From positions 1 through 41,254 of IMG/VR virus record IMGVR_UViG_3300010048_000020: DNA of 41,254 nt. One strand, 5' to 3'. This document shows positions 33,268 through 41,254 of this stretch, in pieces. This DNA is from a virus. Its lineage: Duplodnaviria; Caudoviricetes. Each line of letters begins with the position of its first letter. Positions within the stretch are counted from its first letter, which is position 1. A model generated the notes under the pieces. The model worked only from the letters and a program-made list of their open reading frames with translations, had not been told where the DNA came from and did not search any database. The position numbers and the translations under genes are program-made.

Positions 33268-33685
33268 GGTCTGCTACGACTACCTCAAGGAGCAGGGCTA
33301 TAATGTTCAGCTCGTCGATGATAGTTACAAGGCACTCAACCGGGAGGTCTTGGATGGCTTCGATGCAGTTATTATGGACCCTACCGCTGGAACCATTAAG
33401 ACACCGGGTATGGTTCAGTTTTGGGACGCTGCCGCCGCAGCTCGCGTTCCACTCGTCTGGGTTACGGACAGTGCGTGCAGTAAGATCTGGCTGCACAAGG
33501 ATCATTATAAACCGGAATTCGGACGGCACGTAGAGGACGCAGAAGACTACCTGCGCGCCTACAACGACTTCCTACGTGGGAGGGGATACACCATAGTGGA
33601 GGCGCTGAGGGAGCCGTCAGTGGTGTACTTCGTTGCTGTCAGGGATTTGGGGGTGAAGCCCTTTGACAGAATCGTCCGTCTTTGA
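32999..33685 (+). CDS. Putative class I SAM-dependent methyltransferase-fold protein
   Basis: VLHPFAGLG (motif I), WERD (motif II acidic), DS, FDAVIMDP (strand 4); RBS GAGGTG; last gene of the modification operon. Confidence 0.7.
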   Translation: MQISKNGITVEVPIGLPTNGNVKDGYQVFLQEETDKLIRQHVEALTYLPKYIWEEWNRVLHPFAGLGVTAQVLDKGTGRQLTHRMWERDKVCYDYLKEQGYNVQLVDDSYKALNREVLDGFDAVIMDPTAGTIKTPGMVQFWDAAAAARVPLVWVTDSACSKIWLHKDHYKPEFGRHVEDAEDYLRAYNDFLRGRGYTIVEALREPSVVYFVAVRDLGVKPFDRIVRL

Positions 33686-33692
33686 TGTGGTT

Positions 33693-33728
33693 AGAGGGGA
33701 GTGCGAAATCTGTATCTCCCCTATCTCT
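33693..33728. terminator. Hairpin between convergent transcription units
   Basis: AGAGGGGGAG...CTCCCCTATCTCT between convergent stops at 33685 and 33792. Confidence 0.4.
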
Positions 33729-33791
33729 GCTCCCACGCGATATAGGGAATTGTTATTCCCATGTAGCTCGATGTAGGTACAGCCTGCGAGC

Positions 33792-34250
33792 TCAAGCAGG
33801 AGTATCAGGCCAATTGATTTCATCAGGAAATCCTGGCTGCGTTGGGACATCCCGCAACGCTTGGCGATACGCTTTAAAAGCAGACTTCTTACCAGCGTCA
33901 TCTGTCTCCATTGCACGGATCATCTGAACGTCTGATTGCACGAGCGCCACATCCCTCTGAGCACGCGCCATACGAGCGCGGAAGTTACGCTTGGCAACAT
34001 CTCTGTGTGGCTCAACTTTCTGCATGAGATCTGTTAGCGACGGCTCCGGTCCAAGCTTGTCTTCATTCCAATAAGTAATGAAGGCACTAGACAGCTGATC
34101 TGCTGAACCCCGCGCAACACGATGAGCAATGTGATAGTCCTGCCCTGCTACGGCATCAGGGTATAGCAGGATCAACGCTTCATACATTTCATCGTGAGCC
34201 CACCATTGATCCTTCGGCAGTGCTGCGGCTTCATCATCTTTATTCATCAT
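33792..34250 (-). CDS. Tail fibre assembly chaperone
   Basis: RA.RD..L..SD...YRQALRDVP.QPGFP..I.WP C-terminus; YP....G.DY...H N-terminus like Burkholderia phage chaperones. Confidence 0.88.
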   Translation of the reverse strand: MMNKDDEAAALPKDQWWAHDEMYEALILLYPDAVAGQDYHIAHRVARGSADQLSSAFITYWNEDKLGPEPSLTDLMQKVEPHRDVAKRNFRARMARAQRDVALVQSDVQMIRAMETDDAGKKSAFKAYRQALRDVPTQPGFPDEINWPDTPA

Positions 34251-35200
34251 GCATTCCTCAACCAGACACCACGTAGATAGTTAGCCCATGCATTCGCACG
34301 CAGACCTTCCATTACCCATGGGGCTCCGATATCCACAGTACCAGAACCGGACGCACCTTGTGTGATCGTTCCCCATTCGTTAATGCTGGACCCCCACTGG
34401 ACCTGAGCTTGGTTAGCAGCTTTCCCATTAAAATTATTCGTTAGATAGGTGCTGAGTGCTCCACCCCAGATAGATGCACCAGTGATATTACCGTCCGTTT
34501 GATAGTTAGCACTTCCAGCAGAAAGATTATTGATAGATCCAATATTCCCATTATCTAGAATATAAGCCACGACATTATTATAAGCATTGTTCACAAATTC
34601 AATACCAGCTCCAGAACCAGCAGCTCTACCACGCATATAAAAAGATGTGCCAGAAGGATTTTGGACTCTTATCTGCCCCGCTACTGAACTATTTGGATTT
34701 GCTGCAACAATATCTGCAGTAGAAGTCAAGCCAATACAGCTGATAGCAGAACAACCAAAATTCCCAAGTACAGTCAGTGTTCCTGTGTCTGTCAACGTCA
34801 TGCAGATCTGATTATTCGCTTTGTTAGTCCATCCCCATTGCCCATTGTAGAGCATGTTTGGCCCCACGCCACCATTCTGCATAAACAGCCGTGCAATAGC
34901 AGGAGACGTTGAATTAAGAGTCAAAGATGCATCTACTGCTGACGAGGGAGCAATAGTCAAGGCACCAGACATCGTATCGCCAGTCTTCTTGACAGCGTTC
35001 GTAGTCCCAGATAGAGTTGTTGTTCCATTGAACGTGACATTGCCAGTCACCGTGCCGCCATACTGGAGGGACACAGTATCTGTCAACGCTGCCGCGATGT
35101 CAGACAGCGTAGTATTCGCCCAATTGGACGTGATCAGCGTCTGGGTTACGACCGGGTTCCCGGCCGGGAGGGTGTACTTACCGGTCGCATCACGTGGCAT
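34247..35200 (-). CDS. Tail fibre protein
   Basis: MPR...G.YTLPAGNPVV..T.I.S.WAN.T.SDIA.ALT podovirus anchor; KTGDTMSG.L shaft motif; C-terminal YLRGVWLRN. Confidence 0.88.
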   Translation of the reverse strand: MPRDATGKYTLPAGNPVVTQTLITSNWANTTLSDIAAALTDTVSLQYGGTVTGNVTFNGTTTLSGTTNAVKKTGDTMSGALTIAPSSAVDASLTLNSTSPAIARLFMQNGGVGPNMLYNGQWGWTNKANNQICMTLTDTGTLTVLGNFGCSAISCIGLTSTADIVAANPNSSVAGQIRVQNPSGTSFYMRGRAAGSGAGIEFVNNAYNNVVAYILDNGNIGSINNLSAGSANYQTDGNITGASIWGGALSTYLTNNFNGKAANQAQVQWGSSINEWGTITQGASGSGTVDIGAPWVMEGLRANAWANYLRGVWLRNA

Positions 35201-35210
35201 GATTGTTCAC

Positions 35211-37058
35211 CTATTGAATAGCTTGGAGGACAGGGTCAGGGCCGTACTGTTGCTGAGCCTGTGCCGCTGCGCCGGGGAACTGAATAGCGCCTGTAGTCCC
35301 CATAAACCTCGCTACATCCGGGAGGACATTGCCCATGGCCGTACCCTGAAGAGCAGAAATAGTCTCCCCAGGATCACGCAGCATAGACGCCAGAGCCTGC
35401 TGCGTGCGCGAGCCACCCAGAGCCAAGACAGGCTTGACCAGCGCTGCGCCGGGGAAGCCGCCGAGCGCGTGAGCTCCAATCTGTGCAGCCGCTTCACCCA
35501 AGGTCCCTCCCACCGTGCCGGTAGGATCTGCCGCCGCCGCGCCACCAGCCTTCGCAGCATCAGCCGCGTACTGCTCTTGTATAAGACTATTGATAATGTC
35601 TCTATCACCAGCGTTCAATTGCAGACCCCACTTGCCTGCCGCCTGTCCACGCAGTGCATCCACTAGCGTCCCCGGGTTGACCGTCGGGTTGGGACCGCGC
35701 GCTGATCCTGCCGGGAATTGTCCGTCCGCTGTGTCGAGCCAGTGGCTCCCTTTGACTGCGTTGAGCTGTTCTGCTGCGTTGACTGGCCCTGACGCATCTT
35801 CGAATGCTTTGAGGTATGTGCCATACTTCCCTCCGCTTGCGTTATCTAGTACGCCTCTGATGGCGTCCTTAGCCGCGCCAATCCCAGCATCATCTACTGC
35901 GCTGGCCGCTGGCTTGTTCAATTCAGTATAGGCCACATGAAGATCATTTGCACTGACGGGACTAGACCCTGCCGCATCGCTCCTCAAATCACCGACAATA
36001 GCCTTGCCAATGTCACTCGTCGGGCGTACCTTAGCGAGTGCATTGCCAATCTGGTTACTGTAATCTGGGGCTGTCAGGTTGTAGACACTACGTGGCGCGT
36101 TGGCCGCGTCGAGCGCTGCATCCAGCTGAGGTTGAATTGTAGCTGCTCGTTCTTCCACCGCCTTCTTAATTGCCGCAGCCGTGTCACCTCCGAGATTCTG
36201 CAAGACATCACTCCGTGCAGAATTCCCAGCTGAATCAAATACATTCCACCCTGCCTGTGTGGAAGGATGCGCACGACTTTGAGCCTCTACCGCCTGCAAT
36301 CCTGGGTGACCTGTGATTGCAGCCACTGACAAATCACCAGTCGTAGGAGGTGCGTTACGCAAAGCATTGACTACAGCTGGAGCATCGTCTCCCACCGCGC
36401 CCTGCAGAATCTTAGTTGCCGCAGCCTTCGGGTTGAGGAAGTTTACGACCGGTGTGGCTAGACGGCCTGCAACGTTCAGAGCGCCTCCCAGCGCGGGTGC
36501 CGCCGCAGCGCCTACCCCCATATTAGCCAACCTCTGGCCGGGGGTTGCAGCCGGTTCTAGAGCGCCCATGGCGGCTCCCTGAGTTGCCAAGCCTACGCCT
36601 GCACCCAAGAGACCACTCCCAATAGGAAGCGCATTAACCGGAGCGGTCATCGCCATCTTGCCTGCGATCTGTGCTGCACGCCCGCCAGGAACGGAAGCTG
36701 CTAGTGCGTTCTGCTGATTAGTGCGTTGGATAGCTTCATCAGGTGTCTCTCCTCCACCGAGGACTTGACGCGCACCTTGCAAGATACTATTGGCTCCAGC
36801 GCCGAAGTTGAGCGCAAGCTTTTCCCCGGTGGATGCGTTAGCGAGTTTGTCCTGTTGCGCCTTGGTCAAGCCAAGGGGTGACCCAGACTGCCCTGTCAGG
36901 ATGTCACCCGGCGTGGGATTAGCCGCGCGTTGCTGAACCATTGTCATCACTTGCTGATTTGCTACGCGCTTAAGCCCAGCCAGTTGATCCGCCGTGGGAT
37001 TGTCTGGCATGTTAACGCGGTCGCCATTCGGCATTGTGACGATAGGCATATCAATCAC
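35211..37058 (-). CDS. Internal virion / DNA ejection protein
   Basis: 615 aa Ala/Gly-rich with amphipathic segments; position before the tail fibre. Confidence 0.75.
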   Translation of the reverse strand: MIDMPIVTMPNGDRVNMPDNPTADQLAGLKRVANQQVMTMVQQRAANPTPGDILTGQSGSPLGLTKAQQDKLANASTGEKLALNFGAGANSILQGARQVLGGGETPDEAIQRTNQQNALAASVPGGRAAQIAGKMAMTAPVNALPIGSGLLGAGVGLATQGAAMGALEPAATPGQRLANMGVGAAAAPALGGALNVAGRLATPVVNFLNPKAAATKILQGAVGDDAPAVVNALRNAPPTTGDLSVAAITGHPGLQAVEAQSRAHPSTQAGWNVFDSAGNSARSDVLQNLGGDTAAAIKKAVEERAATIQPQLDAALDAANAPRSVYNLTAPDYSNQIGNALAKVRPTSDIGKAIVGDLRSDAAGSSPVSANDLHVAYTELNKPAASAVDDAGIGAAKDAIRGVLDNASGGKYGTYLKAFEDASGPVNAAEQLNAVKGSHWLDTADGQFPAGSARGPNPTVNPGTLVDALRGQAAGKWGLQLNAGDRDIINSLIQEQYAADAAKAGGAAAADPTGTVGGTLGEAAAQIGAHALGGFPGAALVKPVLALGGSRTQQALASMLRDPGETISALQGTAMGNVLPDVARFMGTTGAIQFPGAAAQAQQQYGPDPVLQAIQ

Positions 37059-38911
37059 CCATGCTGTTTCATGTAGGTGTCGAAGTCAATAGCTCCCTGC
37101 GGAGCCGCAGCGCTAGACGGGAGGGAAGATGACCTGTCACTCGCCTGCTGCTTCTGCTGCTTGGTCAGGGGCAAGCCAGGAGTCTGGGCGTTAGAACCAA
37201 AGACGCGCTGACCATAGCCGCCGCTGCTGTCACCTCCGTAGAAGTTCGCAGCCTTTACCTTATCACCGTTTGCAGCTCTCATCTTTTGATCCCACAACCA
37301 TGATGCTCCCTGGACCGCCTGTACCGGACCAGACAGAGGATCAATGCCAGTGGCCTTGATGATATCTGCTCTAGTACCAGGAGTGAATTGATATGGACTG
37401 GCTGCGCCCGTTTCCACTCCTTGTGCAGTCTTTCCCAGCTGATCACTATTGCTGCGTTCCCCAACCGTGCGGAGTTTAGCAAGGTCTGCTGCATTCTTGC
37501 CTCCATACTGTTGTTCCAGCTGTGACCACATAGGATCATTGTAAGACTTGGGCATCGGCTGCCCGCCCTGTGTAAGGATTACACCTTGGTTAGTCACCTG
37601 TGGGACAGGGAAGTTACCCTTAGAATCTATCGGCGTGGGATTAGTCGGCGTGCCGGGAGGCGTGCCGGGGACAGATCCCTGCGTCGTAGCAGACCCAAAC
37701 GGGTTAGCCGTAGGGGCTTGATACTCGTAGAATTTTGCCGCGCTAGGATCACGGTGATTGGTGTCAGGGATAATACTGTTCGGATCAATACCCATGCTCT
37801 GCGCGCGGAGCGCAGCCTGATTACCCATCTGGTACGCGTGGTCCTTAGCGTCGTTGTTTGCCAGCTGGATGACTTGATTCATCTGCGCGGCGACATTTGG
37901 CGGAAGGACACCCTTCCCCTGAACACCCAGGATATATGCGCCATTGTTCTGGATCTGGTCCATCCACGTGCCGAAGTTCTGGATACGCTTGACCTGCTGC
38001 TCCTTCACCCCCATGCCGGGGTTGATGGCCTTCATATATGCGTCAATCAGCTTGGCGCTGTTAGTCGCGTTGAAGCCGTTCTTTACCGCATCCTGATAGA
38101 TGTTGCCATATTCCTGAGCAGCATCCATCTGCTTCGTATATTCATCAAAGCCTTGGGTCTTCAGATTGTCAACAATATTGCTAGTCCACTTCGCCTGATT
38201 CTCAGGATTTTGTGGCCCATACTGGAACATGAACTTAGCCATTTCCCGCGCCTGACCAATCAGCGCAGTCTGCTGTTCAATGTTCGCCTTACCGATCTCT
38301 GCCGCTGCAGACGTCGTAGCAGGAACCGTCTTTCCAAGATATTCAAACTGCTGCTGCCGGATAGAATCAAGCCGCTTCTGCTCATCCTCGTTGTAGCCGC
38401 CAGTCGCCAACTTAGTCAGCATCTGCTTACCGACGTCAGCAGTCATCGGGTTCTGGAGCAACTCCTGAGCCTTTTGACTGAGGGCTTTCTGATACTCAGG
38501 GAAAGACTGAACAATAGCATTACCGTTCTCGTCTGTGGGCTGGATGACGCTGCCAGTGCGGGGGTCAACCTGAGTGGGTGCCGCCCGAGTAGGAATCGTC
38601 GATAGTGCTTGCTGAGCAGCACCCACCTGAGCCCTCTGGAACCCAGCTTGTGCGTTGGTGAGCTGAGTTTCTGCGGAAGGCTCATAGAGGTTCCCCATCA
38701 TCTGCTGCGCCATCCCTTGATAATTCGGGATGTAGCGCCCACCAACCATCGTTCCTGCTGCCTGAGGCTGAGCAGCTTGACGCAACTGCTGAGCCATGGC
38801 CTGCAGACGGCCTATAGACTGTTGTTGATTAAACAGGTCAGTTTGATTCGGGTCTGGGGGCGGATTGCTGCCAACGTTCGCCGTGGTCAGCGCGGACATA
38901 ATGTCTGACAT
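37055..38911 (-). CDS. Internal virion / ejection protein with C-terminal lytic transglycosylase-like domain
   Basis: 618 aa; GERS (Glu), GA.SPYQFTPGT, A...Y.G...Y..RV pattern of SLT-like domains. Confidence 0.72.
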   Translation of the reverse strand: MSDIMSALTTANVGSNPPPDPNQTDLFNQQQSIGRLQAMAQQLRQAAQPQAAGTMVGGRYIPNYQGMAQQMMGNLYEPSAETQLTNAQAGFQRAQVGAAQQALSTIPTRAAPTQVDPRTGSVIQPTDENGNAIVQSFPEYQKALSQKAQELLQNPMTADVGKQMLTKLATGGYNEDEQKRLDSIRQQQFEYLGKTVPATTSAAAEIGKANIEQQTALIGQAREMAKFMFQYGPQNPENQAKWTSNIVDNLKTQGFDEYTKQMDAAQEYGNIYQDAVKNGFNATNSAKLIDAYMKAINPGMGVKEQQVKRIQNFGTWMDQIQNNGAYILGVQGKGVLPPNVAAQMNQVIQLANNDAKDHAYQMGNQAALRAQSMGIDPNSIIPDTNHRDPSAAKFYEYQAPTANPFGSATTQGSVPGTPPGTPTNPTPIDSKGNFPVPQVTNQGVILTQGGQPMPKSYNDPMWSQLEQQYGGKNAADLAKLRTVGERSNSDQLGKTAQGVETGAASPYQFTPGTRADIIKATGIDPLSGPVQAVQGASWLWDQKMRAANGDKVKAANFYGGDSSGGYGQRVFGSNAQTPGLPLTKQQKQQASDRSSSLPSSAAAPQGAIDFDTYMKQHG

Positions 38912-38913
38912 GG

Positions 38914-39297
38914 CTAGCTCGAGAATCCAAAGGTGTTAGGACCAACGCCGCCAGCGTTCCCAGTATCACCCAAGGAGAACACTGTCGGTGACTGTGGATT
39001 GTAATAATTTCCGTTCGGAAGAACAGAGCCACTTCCAAGACCCATCAGGCTAGACGCACTTCCTTGATTGCCCCACCAATTCTTCAATCCACCGCCGACT
39101 GCCGCCAATGCTGCGGCCATCTGTTGACTATTCATCCCAGACGCGGGAGAAGTGGATGATGGTTGATTCCCACGCAGAAGCCGAGCCATGTAGGCTTGAT
39201 TAGCAATAGCCTGACTTGAAGTTGGCGTGGTCTGCATGACCCCAGGAGCGTACACATTCTGCACGGCGGGGTTCACTGTTCCAAGATTGAATGGCAT
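38914..39297 (-). CDS. Small internal virion protein
   Basis: 127 aa Gly/Ser/Asn-rich; translationally coupled in the ejection-protein block. Confidence 0.6.
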   Translation of the reverse strand: MPFNLGTVNPAVQNVYAPGVMQTTPTSSQAIANQAYMARLLRGNQPSSTSPASGMNSQQMAAALAAVGGGLKNWWGNQGSASSLMGLGSGSVLPNGNYYNPQSPTVFSLGDTGNAGGVGPNTFGFSS

Positions 39298-40226
39298 TAG
39301 AACATACTCCCCATAAGACCGCCAGCCGCCCCACCGAGGCCCATACCGGCGACAGTACCGACTCCAGGAACAATAGAACCTGCCACGCCACCTACGATGG
39401 TGCCGAGCATACCACCAATGCCCTGACTGCTAGACTTATTCGCGTTGTACTGATCCATCTGTGCCTGATACGTTGCCTGTTCAGCACCTACGAGGTCAGG
39501 CGCACTGCTGACTCCAGCGTTAGTGAAGCTCTGGAATTGCGGCGTCCCACTAATCGTGTTGCCAGACATCAAGGATTCGTACTGCTGCAACGGGTTAGTC
39601 TGCAAAGCCTGAGCCATAGCGTACTGCCCCTGAAGCTGCGACATCTGCTGTTGCGCGAGTGTGCCAGAATTGATGATGGCTTGCGCCTCAGCATTGTTCT
39701 GGTTCATACTCTGGAATGTCTGGCCCTGACCCCATGCCTCACCACCGGGGGCCATCCCCTGCGCTGCGAGGCTTGCGTTCATAGCACTATTCTGCTTGTC
39801 CAGATACGGCTGCATCTGGCTCATGAACGCCGCAGTAGCGGAGGCAGGATTGATCTGTTGCGCCTGATTCAGAATACCTTGCATGGTATTCTGACCTTGC
39901 TGCCAGTTGTTCTGATAATCACTAAGCAGACCGCCAGCCATGCTCGTGGCTTGCCCCATCATCCCAGTCTGCTGATTGAAGATATTCTGCAGCGTAGGAT
40001 TCAGGCTAACTTGGTTAGACCATTGACCTGTGGTAGGGTCTTGCGTCCATGTACTCGAACCATACTGATTAGTCTGGTTCGGTCGGTTCGCCATTGTCTG
40101 CGCTTGAACAAGCGCTAGATTCTGCGCACCTTCTTCTTTCGCGGCCGCAGTATAGTCTGGTGCCGGAGGAGGGCTACTGCCGCCGCCCATATCTTTCACC
40201 GTATTGGAGCCACGGACAAGAGTCAC
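39297..40226 (-). CDS. DNA transfer / pilot protein (P22 gp7-like); likely start at MGGGSSPPPAPDY
   Basis: PPAPDY..AA, NRPNQ...YGS..W, Gln-rich middle and Gly-rich C-terminal glycine zipper. Confidence 0.75.
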   Translation of the reverse strand: MTLVRGSNTVKDMGGGSSPPPAPDYTAAAKEEGAQNLALVQAQTMANRPNQTNQYGSSTWTQDPTTGQWSNQVSLNPTLQNIFNQQTGMMGQATSMAGGLLSDYQNNWQQGQNTMQGILNQAQQINPASATAAFMSQMQPYLDKQNSAMNASLAAQGMAPGGEAWGQGQTFQSMNQNNAEAQAIINSGTLAQQQMSQLQGQYAMAQALQTNPLQQYESLMSGNTISGTPQFQSFTNAGVSSAPDLVGAEQATYQAQMDQYNANKSSSQGIGGMLGTIVGGVAGSIVPGVGTVAGMGLGGAAGGLMGSMF

Positions 40227-40611
40227 TGCGCATCACATAGCAGATTCTATCGCCGTCAGGATAATAGCCATACTGCGTGCATTCAATCTTAAACCCAATC
40301 TTCTCCACAAGTGCGATCAGTTCATCGTTAGACGAATTCTCATAGCAAGTAATCCGTTCAACGCCAAGCTGATTAAAGCAGTAATCTGCGATAGCCCACA
40401 ACACTTTCTGTGTCATCCAGTGGCCATCAGATTCAAACGATCCCCAATGCACTGTGACATTCGCATAGTTGTATTCTGTGACCAGGACGCCGCCTAGCGC
40501 CTTACCTTCCTTGAAAACGCCCAGACAATTGTCATGCTCTGGATCATACGGTATCCAGATTTTCTGGGCAATGATCTTCCCAAGATCATGCGACATGCCG
40601 AACTGAATCAT
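40174..40611 (-). CDS. GNAT-fold protein (T7 gp13-like position)
   Basis: Y.FNQLGVERI....N......EKIGF..E motif; between the tube and pilot genes. Confidence 0.8.
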   Translation of the reverse strand: MIQFGMSHDLGKIIAQKIWIPYDPEHDNCLGVFKEGKALGGVLVTEYNYANVTVHWGSFESDGHWMTQKVLWAIADYCFNQLGVERITCYENSSNDELIALVEKIGFKIECTQYGYYPDGDRICYVMRSDSCPWLQYGERYGRRQ

Positions 40612-41254
40612 AGCGCCGTCCCCTTCTGGATTTGGAATACCCAGTCCGTACTAGCCCAGGACACCTGATCCTTAGCCTTCAATGTCATAGCCATCGCGGC
40701 AGCATAGCCGATTCCCTGCGTATCCCTCCAATCATTGAATGTCTGGTTAGGACCTGTCCACAAATTAACATCCCACTCCGCTACATCCCATTCTGGTTCG
40801 TCAATCTCTGCTGCGTCTGTAGGATCAGGCGCATAGTTCGTATCAAACTGCATATTGGAAATCACACGATACGTCGGCTTGTTGACTCCAGTCAAGTTAG
40901 GCCGGATCATAGTGAAGTTCTTTTCTGCACCAGGATTGCTGAAGTACGTAAAAGCGCAGATCACCCGGCACAGGACGTCATTCCCTGCAAAAGCCGGTGA
41001 GGAGAAAGGATTTACAGCGTCACGGAAACCCGTGAGCCCTTGATATACAATCCCATCACTGCCGCCGTAGTAGATGTCCTTCCCGTAGTTACACCAATTC
41101 TTAGCCGACATCCCCATAAACCGAGTCCACGCACCAGTGATGGTGTTCATCACTAGCTGGTAGGATGTCGCCGGTGGATAGTTAGGATTGGGGACATTAA
41201 TGATGAGCATGTTCGCCTGTGGATAGACGAACGGTTGCCAGTTCTGATCCCCTG
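40608..41254 (-). CDS. Tail tube / DNA stabilisation protein, C-terminal part (continuation of 1021..1)
   Basis: Open from the window end: GDQNWQPFVYPQANMLIINVP...Q.VMNTITGAW..F.G; WDVAEWD motif. Confidence 0.8.
   Translation of the reverse strand, partial: GDQNWQPFVYPQANMLIINVPNPNYPPATSYQLVMNTITGAWTRFMGMSAKNWCNYGKDIYYGGSDGIVYQGLTGFRDAVNPFSSPAFAGNDVLCRVICAFTYFSNPGAEKNFTMIRPNLTGVNKPTYRVISNMQFDTNYAPDPTDAAEIDEPEWDVAEWDVNLWTGPNQTFNDWRDTQGIGYAAAMAMTLKAKDQVSWASTDWVFQIQKGTAL

Larger units (their letters stand above)
1..41254. mobile_element. Complete circularly permuted dsDNA tailed phage genome, podovirus-like, probably lytic, likely Burkholderiales host
   Basis: Full set of packaging, capsid, short-tail and replication genes. 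One CDS reads in frame across the 1/41254 junction. No integrase, repressor or tape measure recognised. Confidence 0.93.

Noticed and set aside
34854-40118. Long plus-strand ORFs (34854, 37586, 39291)
   Set aside because: Antisense shadows of the ejection and fibre genes; Arg/Leu-rich composition with no motifs.
40174-40611. GNAT as the base-acetylating enzyme (as in PaMx11)
   Set aside because: It occupies the standard virion-module position between tube and pilot genes seen in unmodified podoviruses.
1-41254. tRNA, CRISPR array, integrase/att site, alternative genetic code
   Set aside because: None seen by eye; genes tile densely under the standard code, with all three stop codons used.

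Overview
The window appears to be one complete, circularly permuted genome of a lytic podovirus-like phage (about 41.3 kb). The tail-tube/stabilisation gene broken at position 1 continues in frame at position 41254. The minus strand carries the packaging and virion module (TerS, TerL, portal, scaffold, major capsid, head-tail proteins, GNAT, ejection proteins, tail fibre and chaperone) and a primase-helicase. The plus strand carries early and replication genes (SSB-like protein, AAA ATPase, family A DNA polymerase, PD-(D/E)XK exonuclease, VRR-NUC, SNF2 helicase). Tail-fibre and chaperone motifs suggest a Burkholderiales host. The standout feature is a thymidine hypermodification pathway: dUMP hydroxymethylase, P-loop 5-hmdU DNA kinase, aGPT-Pplase clade 1 and clade 2 (amine/amino acid:DNA transferase), an HD nucleotidase, DUF3310 and an orphan SAM-methyltransferase fold. 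The same genome encodes a Rieske oxygenase that resembles betaproteobacterial putrescine 2-hydroxylase. Together these suggest, as an inference, an undescribed hydroxylated and/or methylated putrescinyl-thymine-type base. Other notable points are a trio of secreted Gly/Ser/Thr-rich proteins behind a terminator/antiterminator leader, two paralogous basic-tailed proteins with their own promoters, and no recognisable endolysin or spanin. All family assignments come from motif recognition by eye; no searches were run.
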